From Jimgerdemannia flammicorona (lineage: Eukaryota): DNA of 50,675 nucleotides. The notes beneath the pieces are model-generated. The model was given only the letters and a program-made list of their open reading frames with translations. It had not been told where the DNA came from and made no database searches. Shown here piece after piece: positions 23,880-36,000 of this stretch (within the stretch, counting starts at the first letter, position 1; each line of letters starts with the position of its first letter). The stretch is from the NCBI GenBank assembly GCA_003990765.1, contig RBNJ01000027.1, forward strand, positions 1-50,675. The letters are read 5' to 3'. Position numbers and translations under genes: made by a program.

Positions 23880-26800
23880 CTAATTATTCAAGGAATCATA
23901 TTTCTAGACTAGGTCAGTAGCATTCTGGAGATTGGTCTTGGGTTCCCAGGTTGCATCGTGGATCGGGTAACCTTTCCATTTGACAAGGTACTCAGGGTGA
24001 CTCTTGTTGCCATGTTTGTTGAGGATTTGTTCAACTTTGTACTCTTCTTGGTCATTAATAATGACAGATACAGGTGGTTTGGTGGTCCAGTTTGGAAATA
24101 GCTTGTCATCATTCTCATTATATTACTTGAGACATTGAACATTAAAGACTGGGTGAATCTTAATGGTGTCTGGTAGCACCAATTTGTAGGAGGTTAGAGA
24201 AACTTGTACAATAACTTCAAATGGTCCAATGAACTTGCTGTTCAGCTTTGTAGATGGTCTGTGCTTGAGGTTGTCAACTCGGTATCCTCTGATGTCCAGT
24301 AGAACTTTTTCTCCAATATCAAAGGTTTCTTCTCGGCAGTGTTGGTTAACATACTGTAACTGTTGTTCTTGAGCTCGTGATAAATTCTCAATGGCAATCT
24401 GGCTTAGATTGCATATTCAGAGTAAGAATTCTTCAACAGCTTCAACTGTAGAGGGTTCTTCAGTGGTTTGGATAAGTGTCAAAGGAGTGTTTGGGTTTTG
24501 TCCAGTATTGGTGAAGAATGGGGTCATTCTGAGAGAGGCTTGCTTACTATTGTTATAGGTAAACTCAACTACAGTGAGGTATTCATGTCAGTCATCTTGT
24601 CTATAGGAAACATAGTTCCTTAGCATTTGTTCCAGAGCTCAGTTCATTCTTTCAGTTTGGCCATCAGTTTCTGGGTGAAAGGCTGTAGACAGTGCAAGTT
24701 TTGTTCCAAGGTGTGTATGGAGGGCTTTCCAAAAATGGCTGGTGAATTTTGGGTCTCGGTTATAAATGATGATCTTGGGAAGACCATGATAGTGAAAGAT
24801 GTTGTCAAACAAGAGTGTGGCTATGTCTGGTGCTGTTGTAGTAGTGGTAGTAGGCACAAAGTGGGCTTGTTTGCTGAGATAGTCCATAAAGACAACAATT
24901 GCATCTTTTCCATTCTTAGTTCAGGGTAGTTGTACAATGAAATCTATAGAGATTTGTTCCCAATTAGCAGATGGTACTGGGATAGGGTGAAGTAAGCCAG
25001 GTTTTGCTAGTGTTGAGGACTTGTTTTGTTAGCAGGCATCACAGGAAGTGATGTAGGTTTTGAGCTGATCTGCCATGTGGAGTCAATAGAAGTTTCGGGA
25101 GATAACTTTGTAACATTTATCAAATCCTAAACGTCCAGCTATAGGGGCATCATGACATTTGAATAGGATAGTTCTTCGGAAGTCTCGGTTGTTTGGGACA
25201 TACAGTCTATCTTTGTAGTAGATAGTATTGTCCTTCAGTTGGTATTGATGATACTGTGTATGCTTGTTGGCATCATCACTATTCAGGATTTCTCACAGTG
25301 CTTGAGCTTCCTTATCATCAGCACATACTGTTATAATTTGTTCCATGATGGAGTTTGTAACCAAGGTGAGAGTTTGGATAACCTCTTCGATTGGTGGTCT
25401 GGAGATTGCATCAGTGACAATATTTTTCTTGCCAGGGTGGTACTGGATTTCATAGTCAAAGTTAGTGAGGACTTTCATCCATCTGGCTTGCTTTCAAGAA
25501 AGGGTAGCCTGTGTCTTGATATTGACTAATGATTTGTGGTCAGTCAATATGGTAAAGTGTGCTCCTTCTAGATAGGGTTGCCATTTGATCAGAGTATCTA
25601 CAATGGCTAGCATTTCCTTCTCATGGATTGCATAGTTAATTTCAGCATCATTGAACTTGTGGGAGTAATAGGCCACAGGGTGTCCTTCTTGCATGAGTAC
25701 TGCTCCAAGGGCTAAGTCAGAGGCATTAGTGGTAACTTCATATAGCAGTGCAGAGTTTGCCACTTGAAGTACTGGAGTGGTTATCAGAGCATCCTTTAGT
25801 GCTTGAAAGGTGGTATCTTGCTCAGGTCCCCAAGTTACAAGATTGTTGAAGTCTTTTTCTTATTTTATGCTCCAGGGTTGTTCTTGTTTCTTGCTATGCT
25901 TAATCATTTGGGTGAGGGTGGTAGTGATTTTAGCAAAGTTGGCAACAAATCGTCTGTAATAGTTTGCTAATCCCAGGAATGACTAGAGGTCTTTCAGCTT
26001 CTTGGGTCTGGGTCAATCCTTGATTGCAGAGATTTTGCTGGGGTCCACTTTGATTCCATTTAGAGTGACAATGTGTCCAAGGAATTAAATTTCTTTCAGG
26101 AGAAATTTGCACTTGCTGAGTTTTGCAAAGAGGCAGTTTTCTTGGAGTTTCAGTAGTACTAGTTCAAGGTGTTCAAGATGTTCCTCCAGGGTTTTGCTAA
26201 AGACTAGAATGTCGTCAATGTAGACAATAATGAATTTGTCCAGGTATGGATGCAGAATGGTATTCATCAGTATCTGGAAGGTTGCTAGAGCATTAGTTAA
26301 GCCAAAGGGCATAACCAGAAACTCAAAGTGTCTATAGTGAGTTCAGAAGGCTGTCTTGTAGATATCTTTTTCTTTTATGGCAATTTGCCAGTAACTATTT
26401 CGCAGGTCAAAGAAGCTCATGAATTGTGGGTTGGTGAGCCTATCGAATATTTTATCAATCCTTGGTAGTGGGTAACAGTTCTTGATGATCTGTTCATTGA
26501 GATTACGGTAGTCAATACATATTTGCAGGTCTCCTCCTTTTTTGACAACAAATAGGACTGGTGCACTATAAGGTGATACACTGGGTCTGATGAATTCTTG
26601 TTCTAGGAGTTTGTCAATTTCTTTCTTGAGTGTATCGATTTCTCTCAAAGATATATGGTAGATTGACTTGAAGGCTGGTTTGACATCTGGGATAGTCTTG
26701 ATGGCATGGTCTACTGCTCATTTAGAAGGTAGGCCTTTCGGGAGCTTCTTTGGGAATATGTCTTAAAATTTCTAGAGTAATGGTCTGACATAGCTGTCAA

Positions 26801-29012
26801 CTTTGGAAAAATCTTCTTTAGGGTTCTCTGGTTCTCCTTTGGATGGGTGGATGGAGATGGCAAAGAGGGGGCATTTCTTGGCCAATTTCTTGAGTTATAG
26901 TTTGTTGATGTGGGTGATCTTTGGTCCAGGGTCACTAGAATTAAGTGGGTCCTTTTCGCCTTGCAGTTTGAAGTTGTGGCGTTTTTTCTTGATGGTCAGA
27001 GAATGGTTTACCCAATCGATCATGGGGTTCTCTTATTTTAACCATGGAGTCCCAAGGATGATTTCATTGTCAGGAAGTGGTATGATTTAGAGGGTAACAT
27101 GTACTTGGTAGTCGCCAATTTGGAGGGGTAGATTGCAGACTTCTTTACTAATAACATGTGAGATTCCATCAGCTGTAGCAACTGCTTGAGTTTGTTGTAC
27201 TGGAGAGATAAAGACCTTGAGTCTGTTGGCTGTCTCTTCATTGATGAAGTTGCCTGAGACACCACTGTCTATCATAATCTTGACAGGTGCTCAGTTGGCA
27301 AAAGCCTTAAGTGTGAGCAGTTTGTCTGATCCAATGGTAGTGATTTCAGTTGTAGAAGCTTTCCTTCTGTTGGTTCTTCTTTGAGCCAGTTCATTGACAC
27401 AAGAGAAGCAATCATCAATCATTCAGGAAGAGTACATTCCAATGCCATAGGGACATCAGCCACTTGGTACATATCCATCTTTGATTTTCTTGTAGAATTG
27501 TTCTTCTTTGTTCATGGTAGATTGGACTGGGGCTTTGTTTGATGAGCCAAATCCTTTGGATCCTTGGATGGTGAGCAGTAGTTCAGAGACTTCCTTGACT
27601 ATCAGGGTTGACTCGATTTTTTTGAATAGGATCTGAGTAATGCAGAAACCAATAGGGATCTTGAAGGATGTCCAACTGTGGTTTCAGATGAGGACAATAA
27701 TTTCATCTGTGTAATTCTCATCAATGACTCCTCCTTCTACTGAGAGTCCTTTCAATGTTAGGCTGCTGTGATAGCATATTCTTCCAACATGTCCTTCAGA
27801 GATATAAATGCTGATTCCTGTGTAGACTTGTTTAACTTCTCGGTTGGAAACTGTAGCTTCTTCAGCTGCATATAGGTCATATCTAGCTGCTTTCTGACTT
27901 TCTTTGATTGGGGCCTTAGCAGTTTGTCTTAATTTGACAAAGTCTAATATTCTGGTGGTCAGGTTGTTGAGGTGGTGCAGAGTGGTAACAGTTGTTCTTG
28001 TTGCTGTTCGGAGTTTTTGGTTAGGGCAGGCACTGGCCATGTGTCCTGTCTTTCGGCAATAGAAGCATGCTCCACTTCTTTGAAGTTCATTTCTTTCACC
28101 TTCAGTAAGTTTCTTGAAGATACTTGGCTGGATAGGGTTGTGATTTCTAGATGTTCAAGAGATGGATGTGAAGGGAGCTCGGGATGCTTCATACTTGAGT
28201 TCTTCTTTCTTGGTCCAAGTCTTTTTCTTGTTGTTAAATTGTCTTCAGGGCAGAATTGGTCCAGCTTTTAGGATTCGCTTGACCATAGTCTTAATTCTTA
28301 CCAGGCACCATTGTTGGTGGTCACAACTAGCTGGGTGGCCTTGTTCTCAGATTTTTCTAGTAAGCCATTCAGATAGGGCATCGAATAAGTGGTCTGCTCT
28401 TGTACTATTTCGTGCTTCATCATTGGCAATATATCCTAGACCAACAGTGTTCAGGAGTGACTCGAGTTTTATACAGAAGGTTTTAAATTCTTCTTTGTCA
28501 TGTATATCAAATTTGAGGTTGCAGAGTTTTACTCTCGATTCGGCAATTATGGTTTTGCTGCAGTATTGAGCAATCATGAGTTGTTTGAGTCCAGGGGCTG
28601 CAGGATGGGCTCTAAATCCTGGGGCATTGTTTGCTGCATTCTGAGCAACTATTGCAGGTCAAGTATCCCATGTGAGGGGTTTTTCAGGAAGGGTTCACCA
28701 CCATTCTTTGGCAGGTCCTCGGAAGAATATAACAACTCAGTGGACATAGGCTATAGTGGTAGCAAAGAGTTGTTCCAGTGTGTGGTCTTGATTGTTTATC
28801 AGAACGTGGTCAGCAACTCGCTCATTGGTCCATTGATTGGCTTCGAAGTTGGTGTCAACTATACTAATGAAGCTTTGAACTTCTTATACAGTACTATTGA
28901 AGGTAGGTAGGCTCAGATTTTTTGTAGGTTGGGTCTGTTCAGCTAAGGCAGTAATGGTTGCTGCCATTATAGCTACTTGGGCTGTGAGATCAAGAATCTG
29001 TTGGTTCACCAT
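23880..29012 (-). pseudogene. gag-dUTPase-PR-RT-RH-INT-chromodomain polyprotein of element B
   Basis: 5133 nt (1711 codons) from ATG to TAG. ORF fragments contain [34 protein letters not shown] and FHPETDGQTERMN. Many stops. Confidence 0.92.
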
Positions 29013-30097
29013 GTTGTTTGCTGGAGGCGGTTGGACTGCTGGTAATAGTGTTACTGGTACTACTTGAGGTACTGGTGCAGAGTGTGATGGGGTTCTTTGG
29101 GTCTGTGTAAGTTGCTGGAGTAGTAGTTATAGATCTGGAGTAAGGGCTTGATAGATAGCTATTTGTTGTTGTGTAGGTGTATTCTGTCCTGATGGGAGTG
29201 CATCTCCTTCGGTAGTATATCCAGGATCGAATTCAGTGAGATACTCCTCCTCCTCTTCAGTTTGGTCTCTGTGTAATTGGGTTTGCTCGGCATCGAAGTA
29301 GATGGAATCAGTTGTATATCTGATTTCGGAGAGACTTAATTCAAAGTCAAATTCAGGTTTAGTATTGGTTTCAGATCCAGGTAGGGCTATAGCAGGGCCT
29401 GCTTCAGATTCAGGGTTAGGTAGTTGATGAAGAGTTTCTCTTGCTTCTTTTTTAAGAATATGGTGGGCCTTACTGTTCTGGAATCGGTAGTATAATGCGG
29501 TCTTGGTCCTGGTATGGTGAAAGCCAGTAGAGTTGAGCCACTTGGCTACAGAGGCTTGGGCTTCATGAGGAACTAAGGCTAGGAAGACTGCTGCTGGTTG
29601 TCCTAGGTCGCTCGGATTTGTAGAGCTGACAAAACTCTTGTTGAGAAGAGTAACGAAGGCTTCAATAAGACCTTCTTCATCTTGACTTGCTGGGTATAGT
29701 GCAAGGAGTTCGGTGAATAGGGTTTCACCTATTTGCTGGTTTAACCGAAGTACTTCTTTCTTTAAATGAAGTTTATCCCACTTGTTGCAGGTGTGGAGGT
29801 CAAATTGTTCTTTTACATCAGATTCAATTCTCTCCAGATTGTCAGATGGTTCAGGATAAATTCCAGTTCAGAGGTTGGACTTTATACCAACTTGTAGGAA
29901 TTCTCAGAAGGGTTTGTAGCGAGGTGAGGAAGCATCTTGAAGTGGAATTGGATTGGAAACCGCTGCTACCAAGTTGTAAGATGGTTGCTTTTTAGGGTAA
30001 CCATTATATAGTTCTGGAATGTAAGCACACAACCTCCAAGCCACTGAAATTACACGCGACCTCTGAACAAATCTGGAAATCACCTGCTTGATCATGA

Positions 30098-30237
30098 AGC
30101 TGAGTCAAACCGAAGTCACAGTGTACAAAGCTGAGTCAAACCGAAGTCATAGCACACAAAGCTGAGTCAATACGAAGTCACGGAACACAAGATTTATACA
30201 AACGGAATCTTACCAATCAGGACCAAATGCATATATA
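30098..30237 (+). promoter_or_regulatory. Upstream U3 promoter-like module: 3 x 31-bp repeats each with TGAGTCA, then CCAAT and TATATA
   Basis: TGAGTCA at 30101, 30132 and 30163; CCAAT 30213; TATATA 30232; about 70 bp before the U3 ORF start. Function is inferred. Confidence 0.5.
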
Positions 30238-30306
30238 CTGAGCACCAAGATGCATCGAATCAGAGAACCAAAACAAACAACAACTACAACTTCCAAATAC
30301 ACAAAT

Positions 30307-31400
30307 ATAACCACTGAGATCTACAACTACATCCGTGCTGACATTTGGAATGCCATCATCAACCGAGCTACACCCCCTCTGCCCCTCATGAATATCCACA
30401 GCCTAGCACCCCTCTACTTCATGGAAGCCCGATGGAATGCTCTGAACATGCTTAGTGAGGCCCACTGAATTGGACAAATCTCAAGCTACTACCAGATCGG
30501 CCGCCTCCTGGAAGACATGGTCGAACACCATCACGATATGGACATTACCCAGATGTCTCAACACCAGAAGCTCATCACCTGCAAACATCGAGAACTCTTC
30601 TATGAGTACAGCACCTTTATTCCCCACCTCTGAATCACTACCAGCGAAATGGTTACTACCCTGTCCTATGGCCAAATCGATGACATGATACAAGAACTCA
30701 ACTACAAGTACCTCGAATATGTCCAGACCACAGACAGAACCTTCCCACACCCTGATGACCATATCCTGCAAATGCCTCAAGTCGGATACGCCATGAAGGA
30801 TGTCTACGATATAATCCACTTCAACGAAGATGAAGCAGAAGACAATGATCCCTCTGATGCCAACATGACCTCAAGCCAAAGATCTCTGCCAACCCTGATC
30901 ACACCACCAACCTTGCCAATAAACTTACAACAGTTTATAACCGCATACGAGACTTATTGGGATAACGACTACTAGCATGAATACCAACCTGCATTCACCC
31001 CTGATTACTTCAACTATAATGAAGAGACCGGAGAACACAACCTATACCTCCAGACAACCCTTGAGATTGAACCAACCACTCCACCACCTGAGTACGAGCA
31101 ATATGAACCACAGCTGCCAGCTTACTACAATCCTGCAACTCATAGTACTATAATCTATAGAAGGTATGCAGTGAATCTGATGAAAGTGAAGACAATACAC
31201 CCATCCTTCGCCCACCAACACCTTATCCAGCCTACAAGACAGACAATGCTATCCTGTGGGATGGAGATGAAGTCCCAATATATTACTATCTCAGCGAACA
31301 AGGAGAAGTAATCCATGAATTACTCTTCCTAGATGACTACTTTATCAGAGATGATGTCATTGATGGTGATGTCATCGAAGACTCCCCAGACAGCGCCTAA
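30307..31400 (+). pseudogene. U3-encoded LTR ORF, copy in A 5' LTR
   Basis: Start mutated to ATA; 4-bp deletion near 31170; fragments 30250..30468 and 30649..30975. Confidence 0.72.
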
Positions 31401-31589
31401 ACCTATAAATAGCCTAGCAGTCATAGTATAGTTAGATTAGCTTTGTATGACATAACTGTGAACTGACTCAGCAGTCAGACAATCTCTTGACATGTCAGAT
31501 CACACTTGTACTATGTGACTGCATTCCGACTCAGCAAGGCACTTAGTGCTACATCCATATTCAGCATAGTCCAGATAGCCCCTCACTAG

Positions 31590-31597
31590 TATAAATA
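31590..31597 (+). promoter_or_regulatory. Main LTR TATA box (TATAAATA), putative U3/R promoter
   Basis: ctagTATAAATAcccc is conserved in all family-1 LTRs, with AATAAA ~120 bp downstream (31713) and TGACTCA upstream (31464). Confidence 0.7.
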
Positions 31598-32079
31598 CCC
31601 CCTCCCCCAGACCTCAGAATCTCAGACTCAAACACACAAGAACATTCCTGAATACTTCCCCACAATATCTCTTCACACAACTACTCCTAGTATAGCAATA
31701 TCATAAATAGCAAATAAACCTATTCCATAACCTACAAACCACTCTTAAGTAAATCTGCTCTCTGTTAGGTCCCATTTCTAACCCCATCACGAAATTTCCT
31801 AATTGGGTATTGTCTGCAGCGATACGCCAATTCAACTAAGCTGGTCTTAGTTTCTTGAACTTTCTGAAATATGGAAAATCCTGAACATCCAGAACCAGTC
31901 CAAAAAAGGACTTTGGTTGAGACGTCAACCTGATATTGAAATCAATAAGCATAGAGGACATACTCTATATGAAATTGATCTTGACCATAAGAAAACGGTC
32001 TTCCAGAACATCCAGAATATCTAGAAAACCTTTCCAGAACTACGTAATGGTTACCCTAAAAAGTAACCCTCTTACAACT

Positions 32080-32089
32080 TGGTAGCAGC
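32080..32089 (+). promoter_or_regulatory. Primer-binding site TGGTAGCAGC, initiator-tRNA-Met-like
   Basis: 3 nt after the LTR end; complementary to a ...GCUGCUACCA tRNA 3' end. The tRNA identity is inferred. Confidence 0.75.
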
Positions 32090-33041
32090 AGTTTACAATC
32101 CAATTCTGCTTCAAGACGCTTCCTCACCCTGCTACAAACCCTTCTGCAAATTCCTACAAGTTGGTATAAAGCCCAACCTCTGAACTGGAATTTATCTGAA
32201 CCATCTGACAATCTGGAGAGAATTGAACCTGACATACAAGGACAATTTGACCTCCACACCTGCAACAAGTGGGACAAACTTCATTCCAAGAAAGAAATAC
32301 TCCAGTTAAATCAGCAAATAGGTGAAACCCTATTCACCGAACTCCTTGCACTACACCCAGCAAGTCAAGATGAAGAAGATCTTATTGAAGTCTTCCTTAC
32401 TCTTCTCAATAAGAGTTTTGTCTGCTCCATAAATCCGAGCAATCTAGGACAACCAGCAGCAGTCTTTCTAGCCTTAGTTTCTCACAAAGCCCAAGCCTCT
32501 GTAGCCAAGTGGCTCAACTCTACCGACTTTCACTGCACCAGGACCAAGACCACCTTATACTACCGATTCCAGAACAGCAAGATCTGCTATATCCTTAAAG
32601 AAGAAGCAAGAGAAACCCTTCATCAACTACCTGACCCTAAACCTGAAGCAGGCTCTGCTACAGCCCTACCTGAATCTGAAACCAATACCAAACCTGAACT
32701 TGACTTTGAATTAAGTCCATCTGAAATCAGATATATAACTGATTCTATCTACTTTGACGCTGAGAAAACCCAATTACACGAGGACCAAACCGAAGAAGAG
32801 GAGGAGTATCTCACTGAATTTGATCCTGGATATACCACTGAAGGAGACACACATCCATCAGGACAGAATACACCTATACAGCAACAAACAGCTATCTATC
32901 AAGCCCTCACTCCAGATCCACAACTATGTACTACTCCAGCAACTTACACAGACCCAAAGAACCCCATCACACTTTGCACCAGTACCTCAAGTAGTACCAG
33001 TAACACCACTACCAGCAGTCCAACCACCTCCAGCAATCAAC

Positions 33042-36000
33042 ATGGTGAACCAACAGATTCTCGATCTTACAGTCCAAGTAGCTATAATGGCAGCAACTAT
33101 CACTGCCTTAGCTGAACAGACCCGACCTACCAAAAATCTGAGCCTACCTACCTTCAATGGCACTGCACAAGAAGTCCAAAGCTTTATTAGTGTAGTTGAC
33201 ACCAACTTCGAAGCCAATCAATGGACTAATGAGCGAGTTGCTGACCATGTTCTGACAAACAATCAAGACCACACCCTGGAACAACTCTTTGCTACCACTA
33301 CAGCCTATGTCCGCTGAGTTGTTACATTCTTCCGAGGACCTGCCAAAGAATGGTGGTGAACCCTTCCTGAAAAACCCCTCACATGGGACACCCGACCTGC
33401 AGTAGTTGCTCAGAATGTAGCAAACAATGCCCCAGGATATAGAGCCCATCCTGCAGCCCCTGGACTCAAACAACTCATGATTGCTCAATATCGCAGCAAA
33501 TCCATGATTGCTGAATCTCGAGTAAAACTCTGCAACCTCAAATTTAATGTACATGGCAAAGAAGAATTCGAAACCTTCTGTACAAAACTCGAGTCACTTC
33601 TGAACACTGTTGGCCTAGGATACATCGCCAATGATGAAGCATGAAATAGTACAAGAGCAGACCACTTATTCAATGCCCTGCCTGAATGGCTTACTAGAAA
33701 AATCTGAGAATAAGGCTGCCCGGTTGGTTGTGATCACCAACAAGCCTGGCAAGAATCAAGACCATGGTCAAGCAAATCCTAACAGCTGGACCAATTCTGT
33801 CCTGAAGACAATTCAATAACAAGGAAAGGACTTGGACCAAGAAAGAAGAACCCAAGCATGAAGCATCCCGAGCTCCTTCCACATCCACCTCTTGGACACC
33901 CAGAAATCCTGAACCCACCCAGCCCAGTACCTTCAAGAAACTTACTGAAGGCGAAAGGAATGAACTTCGAAGAAGTGGAGCATGTTTCTATTGCCAAAAG
34001 ACAGGACATATGGCCAGTGCCTGCCCAAACCGAAAACCCTGAACAACAATATGAGCAACTGTTACCACTCTTCACCACCTCAACAACCTGACTACAAGAA
34101 CACTAGACTTTGTTAAGTTAAGACAAACTGCTAAGGCCCCAACCAAAGGAAGTCAAAAAGCAGCCGGATATGACCTGTATGCAGCCGAAGAAGCTACAGT
34201 TTCTAACCGAGAAGTCAAACAAGTCTATACAGGAATCAGCATCCAAATTCCCGAAGGACATGTTGGAAGAATATGCTGTCACAGCAGCCTAGCATTGAAA
34301 GGACTCTCAGTAGAAGGAGGAGTCATTGACGAAGATTACACAGGCAAAATCATTGTCCTCATTTGAAACCACAGTTGGACACCCTTCAAGATCCCTATTG
34401 GTTTCTGCATTACTCAGATCTTATTCAAAAAAATCGAGTCAACCCTGACAGTTAAGGAAGTCCCTGAACTACTACCCACCATCCGAGGATCTAAAGGATT
34501 TGGCTCATCAAACAAAGCCCCAGCCCAACCTATCATAAGCAAAGAAGAACAATTCTACAAGAAGATCGAAGATGAATATGTACCAAGTGGCCGATGCCCT
34601 CATGGTATTGGAATGTACTCTTCCCGAATGATTGATGATTGCTTCTCTTATCAACAAACTGGCTCAAAGAAGAACCAACAGAAGAAAGGCTCCTACAACT
34701 GAAATCACCACCATTGGATCAGACAAACTGCTCACCCTTAAAGCTTTTGTCAATGGAGCACCTGTCAAGATTATGATAGACAGTGGTGCCTCAGGCAACT
34801 TCATCAATGAAGAGACAGCCAACAGACTCAAGGTCTTTACCTCTCCAGTACAGCAAACTCAAGCAGTTGCTACAGCTGATGGAACCTCACATGTTATTAG
34901 CAAAGAAGTCTGCAATCTACCCTTCCGAATTGGTGACTACCAAGTACATATTACTCTCCAAATCGTACCACTTCCTGACAATGAAATCATTCTTGGGACT
35001 CCATGGTTAAAACAAGAGAACCCCATGATCGATTGGGTAAACCACTCTCTGACCATCAAGAAAGGATGCCACAACTTCAAACTACAAGGCGAAAAGGACC
35101 CACTCCATTCTAATGACCCTGGACCAAAGATCACCCACATCAACAAGCTACAACTCAAGAAATTGGCCAAGAAATATCCTCTCTTCACTATCTCCATCTG
35201 TCCATCCAAAGGAGAACCCGAGAATTCTGAAGAAGATTTTTCCAAAGTTGACAGCCATGTCAGACCACTACTCCAGAAATTCCGAGACATATTCCCAAAG
35301 AAGCTCCCGAAAGGCCTACCTTCCAAATGAGCAGTAGACCATGCTATCAAGACTATCCCAGATGCCAAACCAGCCTTTAAGTCAATCTACCACATGTCTC
35401 TGAGAGAAATTGATGTACTCAAGAAGGAAATCGATGAACTCCTAGAATAAGGATTCATCAGACCCAGTGTATCACCCTATGGTGCACCAGTCCTCTTTGT
35501 TGTCAAGAAAGGAGGAGACCTATGAATATGCATTGACTACCACGATCTCAATGAACAGACCATCAAGAACTGTTGCCCACTACCCAGAATCAATGAAATA
35601 TTCGATAGGCTCACCAACCCACAATTCATGAGCTCTTTTGACCTGCGAAACGGTTACTGGCAAATTGCCATGAAAGAAGAAGACATCTACAAGACAGCTT
35701 TCCAAACATGCTATAGACACTTTGAGTTCCTGGTTATGCCCTTTGGCTTAACTAATGCTCCAGCAATCTTCCAGACACTGATGAATACCATTCTGTATCC
35801 ATACCTGGACAAATTCATTGTTGTCTATATTGATGACATCCTAGTCTTCAGCAAAACCCTGGAGGAACATCTTGAACACCTTGAACTAGTACTACTGAAA
35901 CTCCGAGAAAACCAACTCTTTGCAAAACTCAGCAAGTGCAAATTTCTCCTGAAAGAAATTCAATTCCTTGGACACATTGTCACTCCGAATGGAATCAAAG

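Larger units (their letters stand above)
30020..32076 (+). repeat. 5' LTR of element A (2057 bp)
   Basis: tgtaagcacac...ctcttaca; direct repeat of 38594-40652. Confidence 0.96.

Noticed and set aside
28500-28910. Recurrent 136-aa antisense ORF (MYIKFEVAEF...) in F, B, A and D
   Set aside because: It lies exactly antisense to gag in closely related copies, with no recognisable motif. Most simply a shadow ORF, though not formally excluded.
30098-30190. 31-bp repeats as a CRISPR-like array
   Set aside because: Head-to-tail tandem units with no unique spacers, inside a eukaryotic LTR, and no cas genes.
35328-35330. TGA at PPK*AVDH shared by A, B, D and F as a programmed readthrough site
   Set aside because: The position is normally Arg in the Ty3/Gypsy LPPxR motif, and CGA>TGA is the dominant mutation here. 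Similar shared stops (e.g. YYR*F) are still CGA in one copy.
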